Assembly (NCBI RefSeq): GCF_006345805.1
Contig: NC_043008.1
Location: forward strand, 78,306,001-78,370,000
Length of the DNA: 64,000 nucleotides
Reading direction: 5' to 3'
DNA from: Octopus sinensis
Lineage: Eukaryota
The notes beneath the pieces are model-generated. The model saw nothing but the letters and a program-made list of their open reading frames with translations. It made no database searches and had not been told where the DNA came from. Below, piece by piece: positions 1-12,590 of the stretch. Both the position numbers and the translations under genes were made by a program. Position 1 is the stretch's first letter; every line of letters begins with the position of its first letter.

Positions 1-754
1 ATTTTAGCTTTAATAGATAAAGAGAACAAAGTCACTAATAGAGAATATACTCACTATACTCTATATCTTTCACTATAAAACTAAAATTTATAATTAACCA
101 CAATAAATTATATTCAAAACTCTATAAATTAAATAATTTATATAAACTACCATTTACTGTATATTCTCTAATAATCTTAAACAAATTTATTTTATATATA
201 TAAAAATGGCTACGTTGGAGTCAAATCTTTATTTAAATAAAATATCTTTTAGACACATACAATATTGACTCAGTAGTAATTCAAACATTATCTATATTAT
301 GACCACTAATTAATAAACTAAATTAATTTAAAAACTATAATGTAACAAAATTCATTAATATAATATTAATTAATTAAATAAACATCTAAATAAGTCTACT
401 TCGAAATATATAAAATACATTTTGATTAATATAAAAAAATTATTAAAAACTATAAACTTAACTGTCGTATATAATAAATAAATATTATATATCATACTAA
501 TACTAAAAACAAATGCTAAATAATAATAAATTAAACTTATCATATAGGTAAAGTAATCTATATTTAGATCAAATACTTCACTCTTTGATTAAATAAATAA
601 AGTACTTATTATCAGTATTAATAAATATTACATAAAGAAAAACATTATTATACTACACATTCAAAATTATATATTTAACGTTACTAAAACTATTACCAAA
701 AAAGATATATATACTTAATACTATAAATTTTAGTAGACATAATAATCATAGTAG

Positions 755-992
755 GGTCATTCCGAAAAGCTCTACCTGCGACGATTTCATCTCAATCGAA
801 GGAGAGGAGCTTTCTCCGTCCGGGTTGCGGATCCGTGGAACAAGCTGCCAGACGAGATGGTGAAGATGCCGACGACCGCTTTGTTCAAAGCCTCCCTTGA
901 CCTCAAGTGGCCTGAACTCTTTACATGAACACCACCCTGTACTTAACTCCATGTCCCCCTACATGGCCTTGCTATTTGCTTTTGAGCCAAAT

Positions 993-1021
<29 letters not shown>
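755..1021 (+). mobile_element. CR1-like LINE 3' end (RT C-terminus, 3' UTR and (TAAC)n tail)
   Basis: 755-928 translates GHSEKLYLRRFHLNRRRGAFSVRVADPWNKLPDEMVKMPTTALFKASLDLKWPELFT*, matching the CR1 C-terminal GH..KL...FS.RV...WN.LP...FK..LD pattern; followed by a short UTR and (AACT)n. Confidence 0.8.
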
Positions 1022-1023
<2 letters not shown>

Positions 1024-1259
1024 ATAATAATAATAACAATATCAACCACAAAAAAAGAAATAACTATCTTTTAATCTATATTCATTAAATAAATTATATA
1101 TTTAATAATAAAATAAACATTTAAATATAATCTAACTATAAGTATTTAAAGAACCTTTAGTAACTCTTATTGACTAATGCTCAAACAACCTACAGAGGTG
1201 CAAACACAACACTACTATCATTAATTAAATTATTTATTTAATTATTTATTTATTTATTT

Positions 1260-1310
1260 ATATTTCTCTAGTTTCAGCTCAGAGCTGCGGCCATGCTGAT
1301 GCACCGCCGT
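1260..1310 (-). mobile_element. SINE family A, 3' tail fragment
   Basis: gctgcggccatgctgatgcaccgcc is the reverse complement of the ggcggtgctccagcatggccgcag tail seen in the copies at 22850 and 47140. Confidence 0.55.
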
Positions 1311-1836
1311 AATGTTAAATTAGAATGATTAAATTATGTAATATACAATATAAATCTCATACTAACTTTTAGAATTAATACTAGTACAAAGTATAACTCC
1401 AAATTAGAAACAAAATAGGGTTTAAATATAGTCGCTATTTATCTAAAAAATTATTATATAAGTAAAGTAATTTGTGGCTACATTTAATTTTACGCTCGTC
1501 CAATGTATTCACTAATTTATTATGATTATTAAATAATATTTCATTAAATTAACTAGAACACAAATAACAATAATTGCTACCTATACTATATGATTTCGCC
1601 TTACAAATTATCTCCCACTTTAAATTATATTTAATTCGTTGGGAATATATGTAAAAACGTACGTAGTGTTTTCACATATTATATTATATATTTATCATTC
1701 ATTTTATACCTTTTGAGATCTAGTTATATATTTAAAAAAAATATATATATATATACATATATATATATATTGGTTATTTATGTATTGGTTTATGTCTATC
1801 ATTGTTTGAGTTACATAATAGTGGTTTTATCTCTAA

Positions 1837-1873
<37 letters not shown>

Positions 1874-1885
1874 ATCAATAATAAA

Positions 1886-2640
1886 TCTCTGAGCGAGATG
1901 TCAACAATAGCAGCAAGACCTCTGTTGCTTACATCCCCAGGAATACATCTACTCCAGCTGGCTATTTTGCGGTTGGAATCAGTTTTCATCACTTGCTACT
2001 CTTTACATCTCGCTCAGAGAATTTTCATTTTTTGTTTCTCCTTTATCGAGATCAGCGACGGTTTGTCACTGGAAAAAAAGCATATAGTATTTTGTGTTTG
2101 GAATTAGTTTTCATCACTAGCTGAGGATTGTCACACGCTGACGACGGGCTACTACCAGAAACCCGGGTCCGTGTGTATTACGTAAGGCTAGAGATGAGAA
2201 CGATGATTTCCCTTCGCAAATACTGATCGGACACAGACAGTGCGTTATTAGCCAGCTGGAGGAGATGTCTGCCTGGGGTTATAAACAACAGTAGCATCGT
2301 CCTATATGAGTCAGTCACATTTAGGTGGCAAATATACTTCACGGTGTATTAAAAACGGAGAAGACCGGTTTATAGGAATACCTTAGGGTTCCCTCCATAA
2401 AGGGTTTAGCTGTATGGCGTATCGTCAGATCTTAAAAACCTGTTAGCCCAAGACATCTTTAAAATATGGCATAGAAAATGCCTTACACCTCAAAGGTAAC
2501 AACTGGAGATTATCTTCCTGTGCTATTGGCTGTCGAACGCCGGCTGTACCGCCATCTTGTGAATTCCAAATGTCTGACAGGAACCTCCTGAAATGTAAAC
2601 ATGGCCCGAAAATCTCTGCTCTGGAGTTAAGGATCTTCCC
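1886..2640. repeat. Nested inverted PLE pseudo-LTR (pLTR) segments
   Basis: 16-bp IR tctctgagcgagatgt at 1886-1901 / 2005-2020; 1921-1970 is an inverted copy of about 2245-2295; about 2340-2430 and 2520-2640 are diverged inverted copies of about 4090-4180 and 3960-4070. The minus ORF LNSRAEIFGPCLHFRRFL mirrors LNPERRLSGACSHFKKLL. Confidence 0.75.
2132..2175 (+). ncRNA. Minimal type I hammerhead ribozyme
   Basis: cacacg-CTGACGA-cgggctactacca-GAAA-cccgg-GTC-cgtgtg overlay: 6-bp stem I, canonical core, palindromic stem III (ACCCGGGT), GUC cleavage triplet at 2167-2169; stem II is weak (C.A closing pair). Confidence 0.8.
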
Positions 2641-4200
2641 ATCAACGTAGCAACCTTCCACCTACCTATCATGTTCAAAAACCTGGTGAAGTGTGTTACT
2701 AAGAGACTCACGAAACTTTCCTCTAGCCAAGAGATTTTCGACGCAACGACCCACACTATAACGTAAACCTGGCTGCCAGCAGACTTCGAGGCCGAATCTC
2801 CTACACGCCGGAGCCCAACAACCACAGAAGGAAGCGCCGTAGAAATACCATTTGATTTACCACCCCCACTTTCTCTCTTAATCCCAAAACGCCCGTGGAT
2901 AGAATATTCCTTAAATTAATAGACAAGCATTTCACGAGCTCCCATGGGTATGGGCCCATTTTCAACAAGCACAACGTTAGAGTCCTATTTAGCTGGTCCC
3001 CCAATATTAAGAGCACCCTAGTCAGCGCCCCTAGGACACAGGAAGAGGCAGGATGTTCATACAGGGACCGCAAGAGATGCCCTTCGGGAGGCCACTGCGA
3101 AACCAAAGGGGTCGTCTATGAAGGCAAAGTACTAGCAAACCCTGGTAATAGTAGACGTAGGTCAGAGAACAGAACCAGCAACACCGCCACCATTGCCACA
3201 GTTAACACCATTAGCAACAATAACAGTTCCAGCGACAGTAGTGACAGTTCTCCCGACAACATCGACAGCAGTAACGACACTAGCATCCACAGAAGCATCG
3301 CCATCAGCACCAACATTTCCAACAACTTCCCTAACGTCCACAGTAACATACCTGACAACCCCTATAGCAGCAGCAACAGGAACAGTGCCACTAACAGCAA
3401 TAACGGCAATAATGACAGCAATGGCAACAGCAGTAGCAGCAGCGACAGTGGCCCTAGCAGAAACACCAGCGGAACCACAGCTAATGACACTTCTAGCAAC
3501 AATAGCAACTCTCCCACCAATGACGAAGACCACAATGACAACAACAGCGTCTTGACCATAACCGGCAATGGCAATACCATTACCAACACCACCACCACCA
3601 CCACCACCTCCAGTGACGCCACCACCAGCAGCCCCAACTCCAACAACAACGATGTTGGTGGCAGCAACAACAACACCAGCAGATACTGCACTGACAACAC
3701 ACGCTCACAGAAAAATATTAGATGTTCGGAAATCTTTCAAGCAACGTGTTTTCAACCACAGGTCCTCCTTTAGACTTCCAGATAAGATATACGTAACATC
3801 GCTGGACAGACACGTCTGGCAACTAAGAGATGAAGGGATTCCATACTGGATCTCATGGAAAATCCTCGAAAGCACAGGCACCTTCATCAACGGGACGAAG
3901 TGTTGCAAGTTATGCATAGCTGAACAGGCGAGAAACCTAAAGGACTCACTCGAACCAGGAAACACTTAAATCCAGAACGGAGACTTTCGGGGCATGTTCA
4001 CATTTCAAGAAGTTGCTGCTAGACTTTTGAAGTCTACAAGATGGCGACACAGCCAGAAGTCGATAGCCAATAGCAAAATATGATACAGTAGTTTAGCCAT
4101 AAAAGCAAACCCTTTATAGACGTGAAGCCTAAGGTAATCCCATAAACAGGTCTTCCCCACTTTTAATATATACTGCTCTACATCTTAGAGTGCGTTTCTT
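2641..4200 (+). mobile_element. 5'-truncated Neptune-type Penelope-like element (post-RT linker plus GIY-YIG endonuclease), frameshifted
   Basis: HLPIMFKNLVKCVTKRLTKLSSSQEIF; RRKRRRNTI*F; RIFLKLIDKHF..H.YGPIFNKHNVRVLFSW; CPSGGHCETKGVVYEGKV; SFKQRVFNHRSSF..TSLDRHVWQLRD..ISWKILE..CKLCIAE. Stops and frameshifts present. Confidence 0.88.
3150..3690 (+). repeat. (AAC/AGC/ACC)-rich cryptic microsatellite inside the PLE endonuclease
   Basis: Asn/Ser/Thr-rich translation in ORF 2895-3773; all six frames give low-complexity ORFs. Confidence 0.85.
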
Positions 4201-4227
4201 CTTTCGGATTTATGCTTTTCAGACGAT

Positions 4228-5063
4228 ATATATATATATAAAACTCAACTTGTGTGTCTGTGTGTGTATCTGTGTGTGCGTCTGTGTGTTTAACTTCCCG
4301 GCACATCTCCTTCTAGTCAACAAATCGTAGAACCACTAAAAATGGGTCACTTAAAGTTTAGGCGAATGAAAATTGAACTGCGCTATTACTGTTCTGAAAT
4401 TCATCTCGCAAGTGCAAAAATCGATGATGTGTTTGTTTAGGCCTTATCCCATGCATTGAATAGTGAACTTTACTCAGTCAGCTGTTTGACGTGAACTGTG
4501 TTCACCACGCGTGCAAGCATTCGTAAACTGCATGAAAAATAAAAATCAAGATATAAAAACGAATCGCAGTAAACATTGTAGAAATTCGGCAAAGAAATGA
4601 ATTTTCGGGATGTAGCCTGGAGGTTTTTTTCGTATTAATCGTTTGGACTTTGTGAACACATACCAATTGTTTTCATGACATTTTTAACGCTTTGAATTAA
4701 ATGTGACCATTTTGCGTTGAGTCTGCAGTTTGAATCACTTGAACCAAATTTTAGCAGGCAGGATTTTTGATAATCACGATACATCGCCAGCGACTCCCTG
4801 AAACTCTCCCCTGAAATCCCCGTTGAGAAATACTGATCTAAAAGAATAATTCAACAATGCAATTATTTGATCAACAAAAATTTATGAAACGCTTCTACAT
4901 ACTCCTTATAGAGGAAATAGAACACATAAACGCAAAAATAGAGGGCATTAAATGCTTGATTTTAAAACCAAAATAATTGAATTTTGATTGAACTTCATCC
5001 AAGTTTAGCTTAATTCGCGCGTGCATAGAACGCACGAGCGCACGAGCCGGGCAATACTGCTAG
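4228..5063 (+). mobile_element. Non-autonomous Helitron-like element
   Basis: Begins tatatataaaa plus a (TG)-rich tract; ends gcacgagccgggcaatactgCTAG|T (CTAG 5060-5063), the same 3' terminus as the element at 19665-20277; the 5' TC is not cleanly preserved. Confidence 0.65.
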
Positions 5064-5285
5064 TATAAATATAAAATTAATCCAAACATGAAAACACAAA
5101 GAGAAAACACAACAACGCGAGGACGTGGAACAAGTATAGTATTATTGGACGCTCAGGAAAGAAGGAAAGAAGGAGAGTTTAACGTTTCGAGCAGAGCTCT
5201 TCGTCAGAAACATAGGAAAAGGAAAGATTCAAAGAAGGGAAGACGGAGGAAAAAAAATCGCCAATGGTACACACGCGGTCACATT

Positions 5286-5289
<4 letters not shown>

Positions 5290-5330
<41 letters not shown>

Positions 5331-5476
5331 ATATATGTATATATATATTCAAAATGTATATATATACATACATACATACATACATACATACATACATACA
5401 TGCATACACACACACATACATACATACATACATACATACATGCATACATACATACATACATACATACATACATACA

Positions 5477-5507
<31 letters not shown>
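5290..5507. repeat. (TA)n/(TACA)n compound microsatellite (representative; dozens more across the window)
   Basis: Direct reading; source of many YI/THTH/VCVC artefact ORFs. Confidence 0.95.
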
Positions 5508-5509
<2 letters not shown>

Positions 5510-8188
5510 GCATCTATCTATCTCTCTACGATATAGCATGAAAAAATTCAACTGGTATTTTGTTTAAAAGTGTTTACATATTGCATTGCTCATGTGTATC
5601 ATTATCGTAATTTTGATACTGTTTTTTTTTTTTTGCTTTGTTTTTTGAGCAAGTGGTATTGCATAGCCTATCTAATCTTAAATTATTTTGTATTTTGTCT
5701 GTAAAGGTCTGAATTTGCTAACAATCTTATTATTACTGTAAATAACGGTAATAATACTATTCTATTAAAATTTTTCTTGTTTGCAATAGTTTCTTTTAAA
5801 CGGAGCGGGACATTTAAAGTTAGGAACGCACACGAGTTAGCGTAGTGAATATTTTAGAAATAGATGTTAAATGCTGTATTCAACTGAAGATCGCAAAGCA
5901 TGTTTATCATGCAAAGCATGTTTATCATACTAAGCATGAAATCAATTGGTATATATGTATATATATATATACAAACAATCACACACATGTATACATATAC
6001 GCAGTCATTCACTCATATATTTGTATGTACACATGTGTTCATACACATGTGTAGATGTACGTACACTTTCGCTGCAAGTACCAACGAAAGAGCTTTGACC
6101 GACAAAAACAAGAAATTGACTTACTTTTTAATTGAATTATACGAACACTCGATTAGTTAGTTTGGTATTTAACCAATTGAGGAATAATAAAGGAATGAAA
6201 TTGAACCAGTGGCTGTGTTAATGACTTCCTAGACACAACAAAATTTGTTTCATCACACGAATTCACATAAAGAATCTTGTGATAAATAATGATATAAATA
6301 TATGTATTAATGTGTGTGTGTGTGTGCGCGCGCGCGTGCGTGCGTCTGTGTGTTTGTGTGTGTACGTGTGTATCTGCAAACAATTGTTTGTCTGTTTTCT
6401 TTTGCATCATAAAATGTTTGCGTTTACTGTATTTGATATATTTACAGTAACTAAAACAAATGCTATAGGTAGAATGTCACATATAAAATAAAGAACTTTG
6501 GACTATGAAATGATGAAGTATTACTTATAAAAAGATGTATCTTTTTAAATATAAGTCATTAATTAGAGTAAGACAGGATAAGATGGTCCATTGAGGTTAT
6601 AATTTCATAAATTATTGAACAAATTGATTCATGCTGAGATCATTACACATATGCGCAGACACATACCAATACGTTCACATATGCACGCACAGAAACACGG
6701 AACACATAAATAATGTCAACTCTAACGTTTCCACTTCTTCTGAAGTTTTATATAACAGTCTTCAGGATACCACTTGTTACGCATATAATGCAAGTAGATT
6801 TCTTGAGATATTTCTTTTTATCAGCATATGTGTTGATATTTTCGAAAACCTCATGAAAGATATTCAACACCAATTTCTTAAAATTTCGTTTTAGCTTCAG
6901 TAAGCACTTGACCTTCTACATAGAACAGATACTTTCATGGAAGCTTTAAAGTCAGCGGCTTTTGTTAGCTTTAGAAGCAGTAACTTTCTAGCAAAAGTAA
7001 TCTAGCGGCTGACCCTTTTCTCTAATATTTTACCTATGCACACACGCTCATGAATATAAACACTCTGCAGCTGGAATATTTACGGAAAGATCCTTAATCT
7101 TCAAACATTTGTTAGACAGATACCTATGTATCTGATGATTGAAAAATGATAGTGACAATATTTCAATTGAAATAATGTTTTATTAGAAGAGAAATCTAGC
7201 AAATACTGAGTTTTTTGTTTTTTAAATTTTGGTTTGATTATTTGTTCTTTACCGGTCAAATGATAGAATTTATAGGGAAGGAAAATAATTGGATTACTGA
7301 ATGGATGACAGGTAATATATTAGGGGACGTGAACTCTATACATTCAGTTACCTTTAACTCATATTGTAACAATAGTCATAAATAAACAAAGATGCATGTT
7401 TATATGTGAGAGGTTTTCTTCACAACCACGTACTTCCGGATTCTGTCGCAATGCAAAGCATTTTGAGTCAAAACAAACAAAAAGGCAACTACTTTAGACT
7501 TAGATGCATCTTGGACAGGATTAAGACCCAGAGAGGCCCTAAGCACTTAAAAAATCTTAGTACTTTTATATGTATGCAATTCAAAATATAAACAATACCA
7601 TAAGATAAATTCATACTTCTCAAAATGAAAGAGGACCAACAATAAGATGGACAATAATATTTATTTTTATATACAGCCAAGTTTATTTATATTTCAAAAG
7701 TTTTCTCTAACTTTGATCAGATCCTCACTATGGCACCGTGAACACTTAGAAATTATATTTCCAATAATATAATCCACTTTGAATATTATTTAAGCAAGTA
7801 TAAGTGATTTCTTTTGAGCCACAAATCATTTACCATTTCTGTAGTGCCCCTTTCCCCTGATGCCCTAAGCCCGTGCTTATTTTGCTTTATGTTTAATCCA
7901 GCACTGGATCCATTAATAACATGTAAATGTGTTGTGGTAGATGGGACCCGTGCAGAGGAACATCGTTTATACATACAATAGTATGTGAGTATATATATAT
8001 ATACATGTATACGTGTCTAAGTATGTATAAATGTGTTAAGTTACAACTAGAATCGTTATTATTTTTGTAGGATAGTTTATTGAATGGGACAATTATGCAC
8101 AATTAAGCAGGAGGACAAATGTACTCACCTAGGTGAAGATTAAGTAAAAACTGCTAATTTCTTATAACAAAACCAATAGATCTTATAA

Positions 8189-8697
<509 letters not shown>

Positions 8698-9556
8698 ATA
8701 GTGGGTAACTTAGATAACATTAACAAACCCAACCTGCAATTATATAAATCACTCCTTTATGTGAAGTTTAAATTCATCAGCGTAGTATATTGCCTAAACT
8801 AACAATAAACTTGATGATTAGCAAAAAGAAATTTCTCTTCTTATATATGAATATGTGTGGGAAGGAGAAATGTTGTGTGTGCATGTGTGTATGTATGAGC
8901 GCGCGCATCGTGTCAGTGTGTACGACGTGTATGAGTGTGTATGCGTGTAAGCGTGTGTGTTATCTACATATGTTTGGCAATTAAATAGTAGAAAAGCCAT
9001 TTTAGCCATTTCATTTACATTAGAAATGTAAAATTGAAGTTTTATTTATTTCTTAATACGTCAAACTTTTAGTCACATCACACAACTGCAATCTAGTCAC
9101 ACACACAATTCTACTGCAAGGGGTTGACTTTTAGTTAATAGTTAGTTCTTATAAGACTCGATTTTCTTGTTGAAATTATGGACACATCGGTCCATGGTGT
9201 TCATGTTCATAGATTTGAGCTCTCAACATCGTCACTTCCAGGTTAAATTATTTTGTCTGTTTACAACTATCATATACATCATACTCCCCCCCTTTCCTTC
9301 TTACTCTTCATAAAACTTACTTGTGAATTTATTCGCATGCGTTCTCTATATAGAAACATAAAATGGGTTTGTACATAGTCTATAGAAATTAGGTTCCCAC
9401 CTGCTTGTGATTCGAATTTCTTTACGCTGCACCCTCTCTTTTATTCACTCACTCTCTATCTCTTTCTCCTCCTCTCTCTATCAAGGTATCGATATGTGTG
9501 TGTATAAATATATATATATATACATACATACATATATATATACATATACGTATATA

Positions 9557-9631
<75 letters not shown>

Positions 9632-9635
<4 letters not shown>

Positions 9636-9735
9636 CTCTCTCAATAGTTGTGTTCAGGCTCTTCTGGATGATTTTAAGCAAAATTCTCCTTAAAATCATC
9701 CAGAAGCGCCTGAACACGACTATTGAGAGAGAATT
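9632..9735. repeat. 47-bp fold-back at the RTE 5' truncation
   Basis: 9632-9678 is the reverse complement of 9689-9735 with 2 mismatches and a 10-nt spacer. Confidence 0.92.
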
Positions 9736-10920
9736 GCCAGAGGTGCAAGCTGGTTTCAGAAAGGGAAGAGGCACCCGCGATCACATCGCCGACCTACGGT
9801 GGATTATGGAAAAGGCAAGAGAATACCAAAAGAAGCTGTACATGTGTTTCATCGATTACTCCAAAGCCTTTGACAGCATTGATCATGACAAGTTATGGAA
9901 ATGTCTGGAGGAAATGGGAACACCTTTACACCTTGTCCAGCTTATTAGATCACTCTATCAAAACCAAAGGCTACAGTACGGACACCATATGGCGACACTG
10001 ATTGGTTTGAGATTGGAAAAGGCACTCGGCAAGGTTGCATCCTGTCACCAGTAGCCTTCAACATGTGCGCTGAAAAGGTCATGAGGAACGCAGGCCTGGA
10101 GGATAGCAGCATTGGAGTGAGGATTGGAGGAAGAAATATTAATAACCTTCGCTATGCAAATGATACAACCCTGCTGGCGGAGAGTGGTAAGGATCTGCAG
10201 GATCTTGTCCTGCTGGTCAAGATAGAGAGTGAGAAATTTGGGCTGTACCTCAATGTTAAGAAAACGAAGATCATGTCAACAGCAGCTACAACAAACATCA
10301 GCATCATAATCGATAATGAAGAGATCGAAGTGGTTGATGATTTCATCTTCCTTGGCTACAAAATAAATCGAGATGGTGACTGCACTCCAGAAATAAGACG
10401 GCGGATAGTACTAGGCAGAGAGGCAATGGTCAACATGAGCAGGGTCTGGAAGAGTAGAGACATCAGACTCGCTACCAAATGCAGATTGGTGAATGCAATT
10501 GTCTTCCCAATAGCAACATATGGATGCGAGACCTGGACACTAAAGAAAGCTGACCAGAAGAGAATTAATGCATTCGAGTTTTGGTGTTGGAAAAGACTTT
10601 TACAGATTCCATGGACAGCGAGGCTCACCAATGGAGAAGTTCTTAAGCAGATCAGGCCGAAAATGTCGCTAGAAGCTAGGATCATCAAGCATAGATTGGC
10701 ATATTTCGGTCATAATATGCGGAGAAAATCCCTGGATAAGGACATCATGCTCGAAATGGTCAGTGGCAAGAGAGGAAGAGGCCGGCCAAGAACCCGCTGG
10801 CTTGACACCATCAAGAGGGATACCGGAATGGACATAGCGAATCTGAAAGAAGCGGCCCAGGATAGAACTGACTGGAGGACACTGATCCAACGAGTGACCG
10901 AGAGTCGACTTCGACTGAGT

Positions 10921-10923
<3 letters not shown>
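9679..10923 (+). mobile_element. 5'-truncated RTE-clade LINE inserted between (TA)n tracts
   Basis: QAGFRKGRGTRDHI, FIDYSKAFDSIDH, (R)QGCILSP across a frameshift near 9970, NLRYANDT (YADD decayed), FIFLG, ATYGCETWTL, RGRGRPRTRW, ends SRLRLSG then (TA)n. Confidence 0.93.
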
Positions 10924-10972
<49 letters not shown>

Positions 10973-11019
10973 ATAATGGAAAATGGAGACAAACGCTCAA
11001 GATGTTATCTATATGATTT

Positions 11020-11112
11020 ATATCACCGACGTATGTTTCGATAGATGCATTAAAATAAATTCGAGAGGAAGAATAATGTGAAAAAATGCATCAGTCTTAT
11101 CAGGGAGGATAT
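11020..11112 (-). ncRNA. Hammerhead ribozyme motif with long stem II, G8A core variant
   Basis: Minus strand atatcctcc-CTGATAA-gactgatgcatt...aatgcatctatc-GAAAC-atac-GTC-ggtgatat; inverted homologue of 12024-12109. Confidence 0.6.
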
Positions 11113-11195
11113 AAGCAACAATGCTCATCAATAAGTCATTTTTACAGATGTAAGAAACTACAATGTATAATATATATATATATATACATACATAT

Positions 11196-11277
<82 letters not shown>

Positions 11278-12023
11278 TATATATATATATATATATATAT
11301 GGAAAACAGAGGTGGATAGGGAACGCTAGTAATTTTAAAATACCGTTAAGAAATTTGCCGTCATAGGACGAGAGTAGGAGAGAAAGAGAATTAAAGGAGT
11401 AATGGAGGTATAAACAAATAGAAAGTGAATGGCAGAAAGACAGAAACGATAAAGGAGGTGTGAGATGAAAGAATAAAGTTTAAGTTGCTGAAATTATCAG
11501 ATAAAGGGGCAGATATTATTTGAAATAGTTGAAAAATGTTTTTTCCAATGTAAACACCAGTAAACACGTTCTTTATAGGTGTTGACCAGTGTGTGTTTGG
11601 AAAAAAGGATAAATAGTTGTCGTCCGGACAAAGAGAGGAGAAAGAATTCACTTTATCATAAGGAAATGATCTTGACAAAATTTTGCAATCCAAAGAAAAT
11701 TATTTATTTGTCTTTGAGATGCCAAATTATTTTACTAAGACCTGTAGTATTATGTTTATGAATATATTTAAATGTATTAAACTCGTTTTTTTTTAAATTC
11801 CATGGTTGGAATGCCAATATTCTTTAGATCCTGCAGAAATTTTACATTGATAAACAACGCTTTTAATTCTGCAATTTTTGTTGAGAATGCAAGTTTCATT
11901 CGGACCCAAGTAAAACTATTTGGTTTATTATTCCATATCTGTTTCGTCAAGCCATCAAAAGGAACTTTCCCCAAAATTCCAGGTACCACTCCATTCTCAA
12001 CGCAAATGGTATCCGATTTGGTT

Positions 12024-12109
12024 TATCCCTGACGAGACTAATGCATTTTTTCACATTATCCTTCCCTCGGATTTATTTTAATGCATCTATCGAAACATAT
12101 GTCGGTGAT
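12024..12109 (+). ncRNA. Hammerhead ribozyme motif with long stem II, canonical core
   Basis: tatcc-CTGACGA(12029-12035)-ga..atgcatt[loop]aatgcat..tc-GAAA(12092-12095)-c-atat-GTC(12101-12103)-ggtgat; palindromic ACATATGT stem III. Confidence 0.72.
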
Positions 12110-12184
12110 GTGATGAGATAAATGACTTAGCATCTTGAGCGTTTGTCTCGATTTTCCATTATTCTTATGTTCTCCAAAACGCAC

Positions 12185-12590
12185 TAGTATTATTTGAGAT
12201 CTGCTCTTTCCAGATGCTACTGCACTAGTAGCGACCTCATTAGAGGAAGCTCAGGAACTTCTAGACCAGTTTTCTGCTGCATGTAAAGCCTTAGGTTTCA
12301 CCATCAGCATAAAGAAGATGGAAGTAATCCACCAACCTTGCCTTACTCCTAAACAAATTCGAGAGGCCACAGGTTCACAATTTTCCTGATATTTCTAATG
12401 ATGGGAAAAACCTGAATTATGTGAAGTTATTTACATATCTTGGTAGTAAAGTGAATTCGAGCGCTTCCCTTGATGAGGAAATCGTCAACCGCCTTGCAAA
12501 GGCAACCAACGCATTTGGCAAACTCCGTCAACGCCTACGGGACAAAAGAGGCATCGGAATTGACACCAATGTATAGTTCTATAAAGCTAG
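12185..12590 (+). mobile_element. RTE (BovB-like) LINE RT fragment
   Basis: IIRDLLFPDATALVATSLEEAQELLDQFSAACKALGFTISIKKMEVIHQP ... FTYLGS...LDEEIVNRLAKATNAFGKLRQRL. Confidence 0.8.

Larger units (their letters stand above)
10970..12160 (-). mobile_element. Neptune-type PLE remnant (GIY-YIG) flanked by inverted pLTRs
   Basis: Minus strand: ETCILNKNCRIKSVVYQCK, IGIPTMEFKKRV, GLSKIIWHLKDK, KILSRSFPYDKVNSFSSLC; about 10970-11105 and 12027-12160 are inverted repeats. Confidence 0.78.

Noticed and set aside
1-1700. Possible mitochondrial insertion (numt) given the AT richness and skew
   Set aside because: No recognisable mitochondrial ORF, tRNA or rRNA motif; it contains CR1 and SINE fragments.
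2373-2395. GIP*GS resembling RT motif B
   Set aside because: Lies in the inverted copy of the PLE 3' UTR (matches about 4110-4150 reverse complement); coincidental.
4170-4226. Minus-strand CTGAAAA...GAAA hammerhead-like string
   Set aside because: C3/A8 mismatch, no convincing stems I or III, and antisense to the adjoining element.
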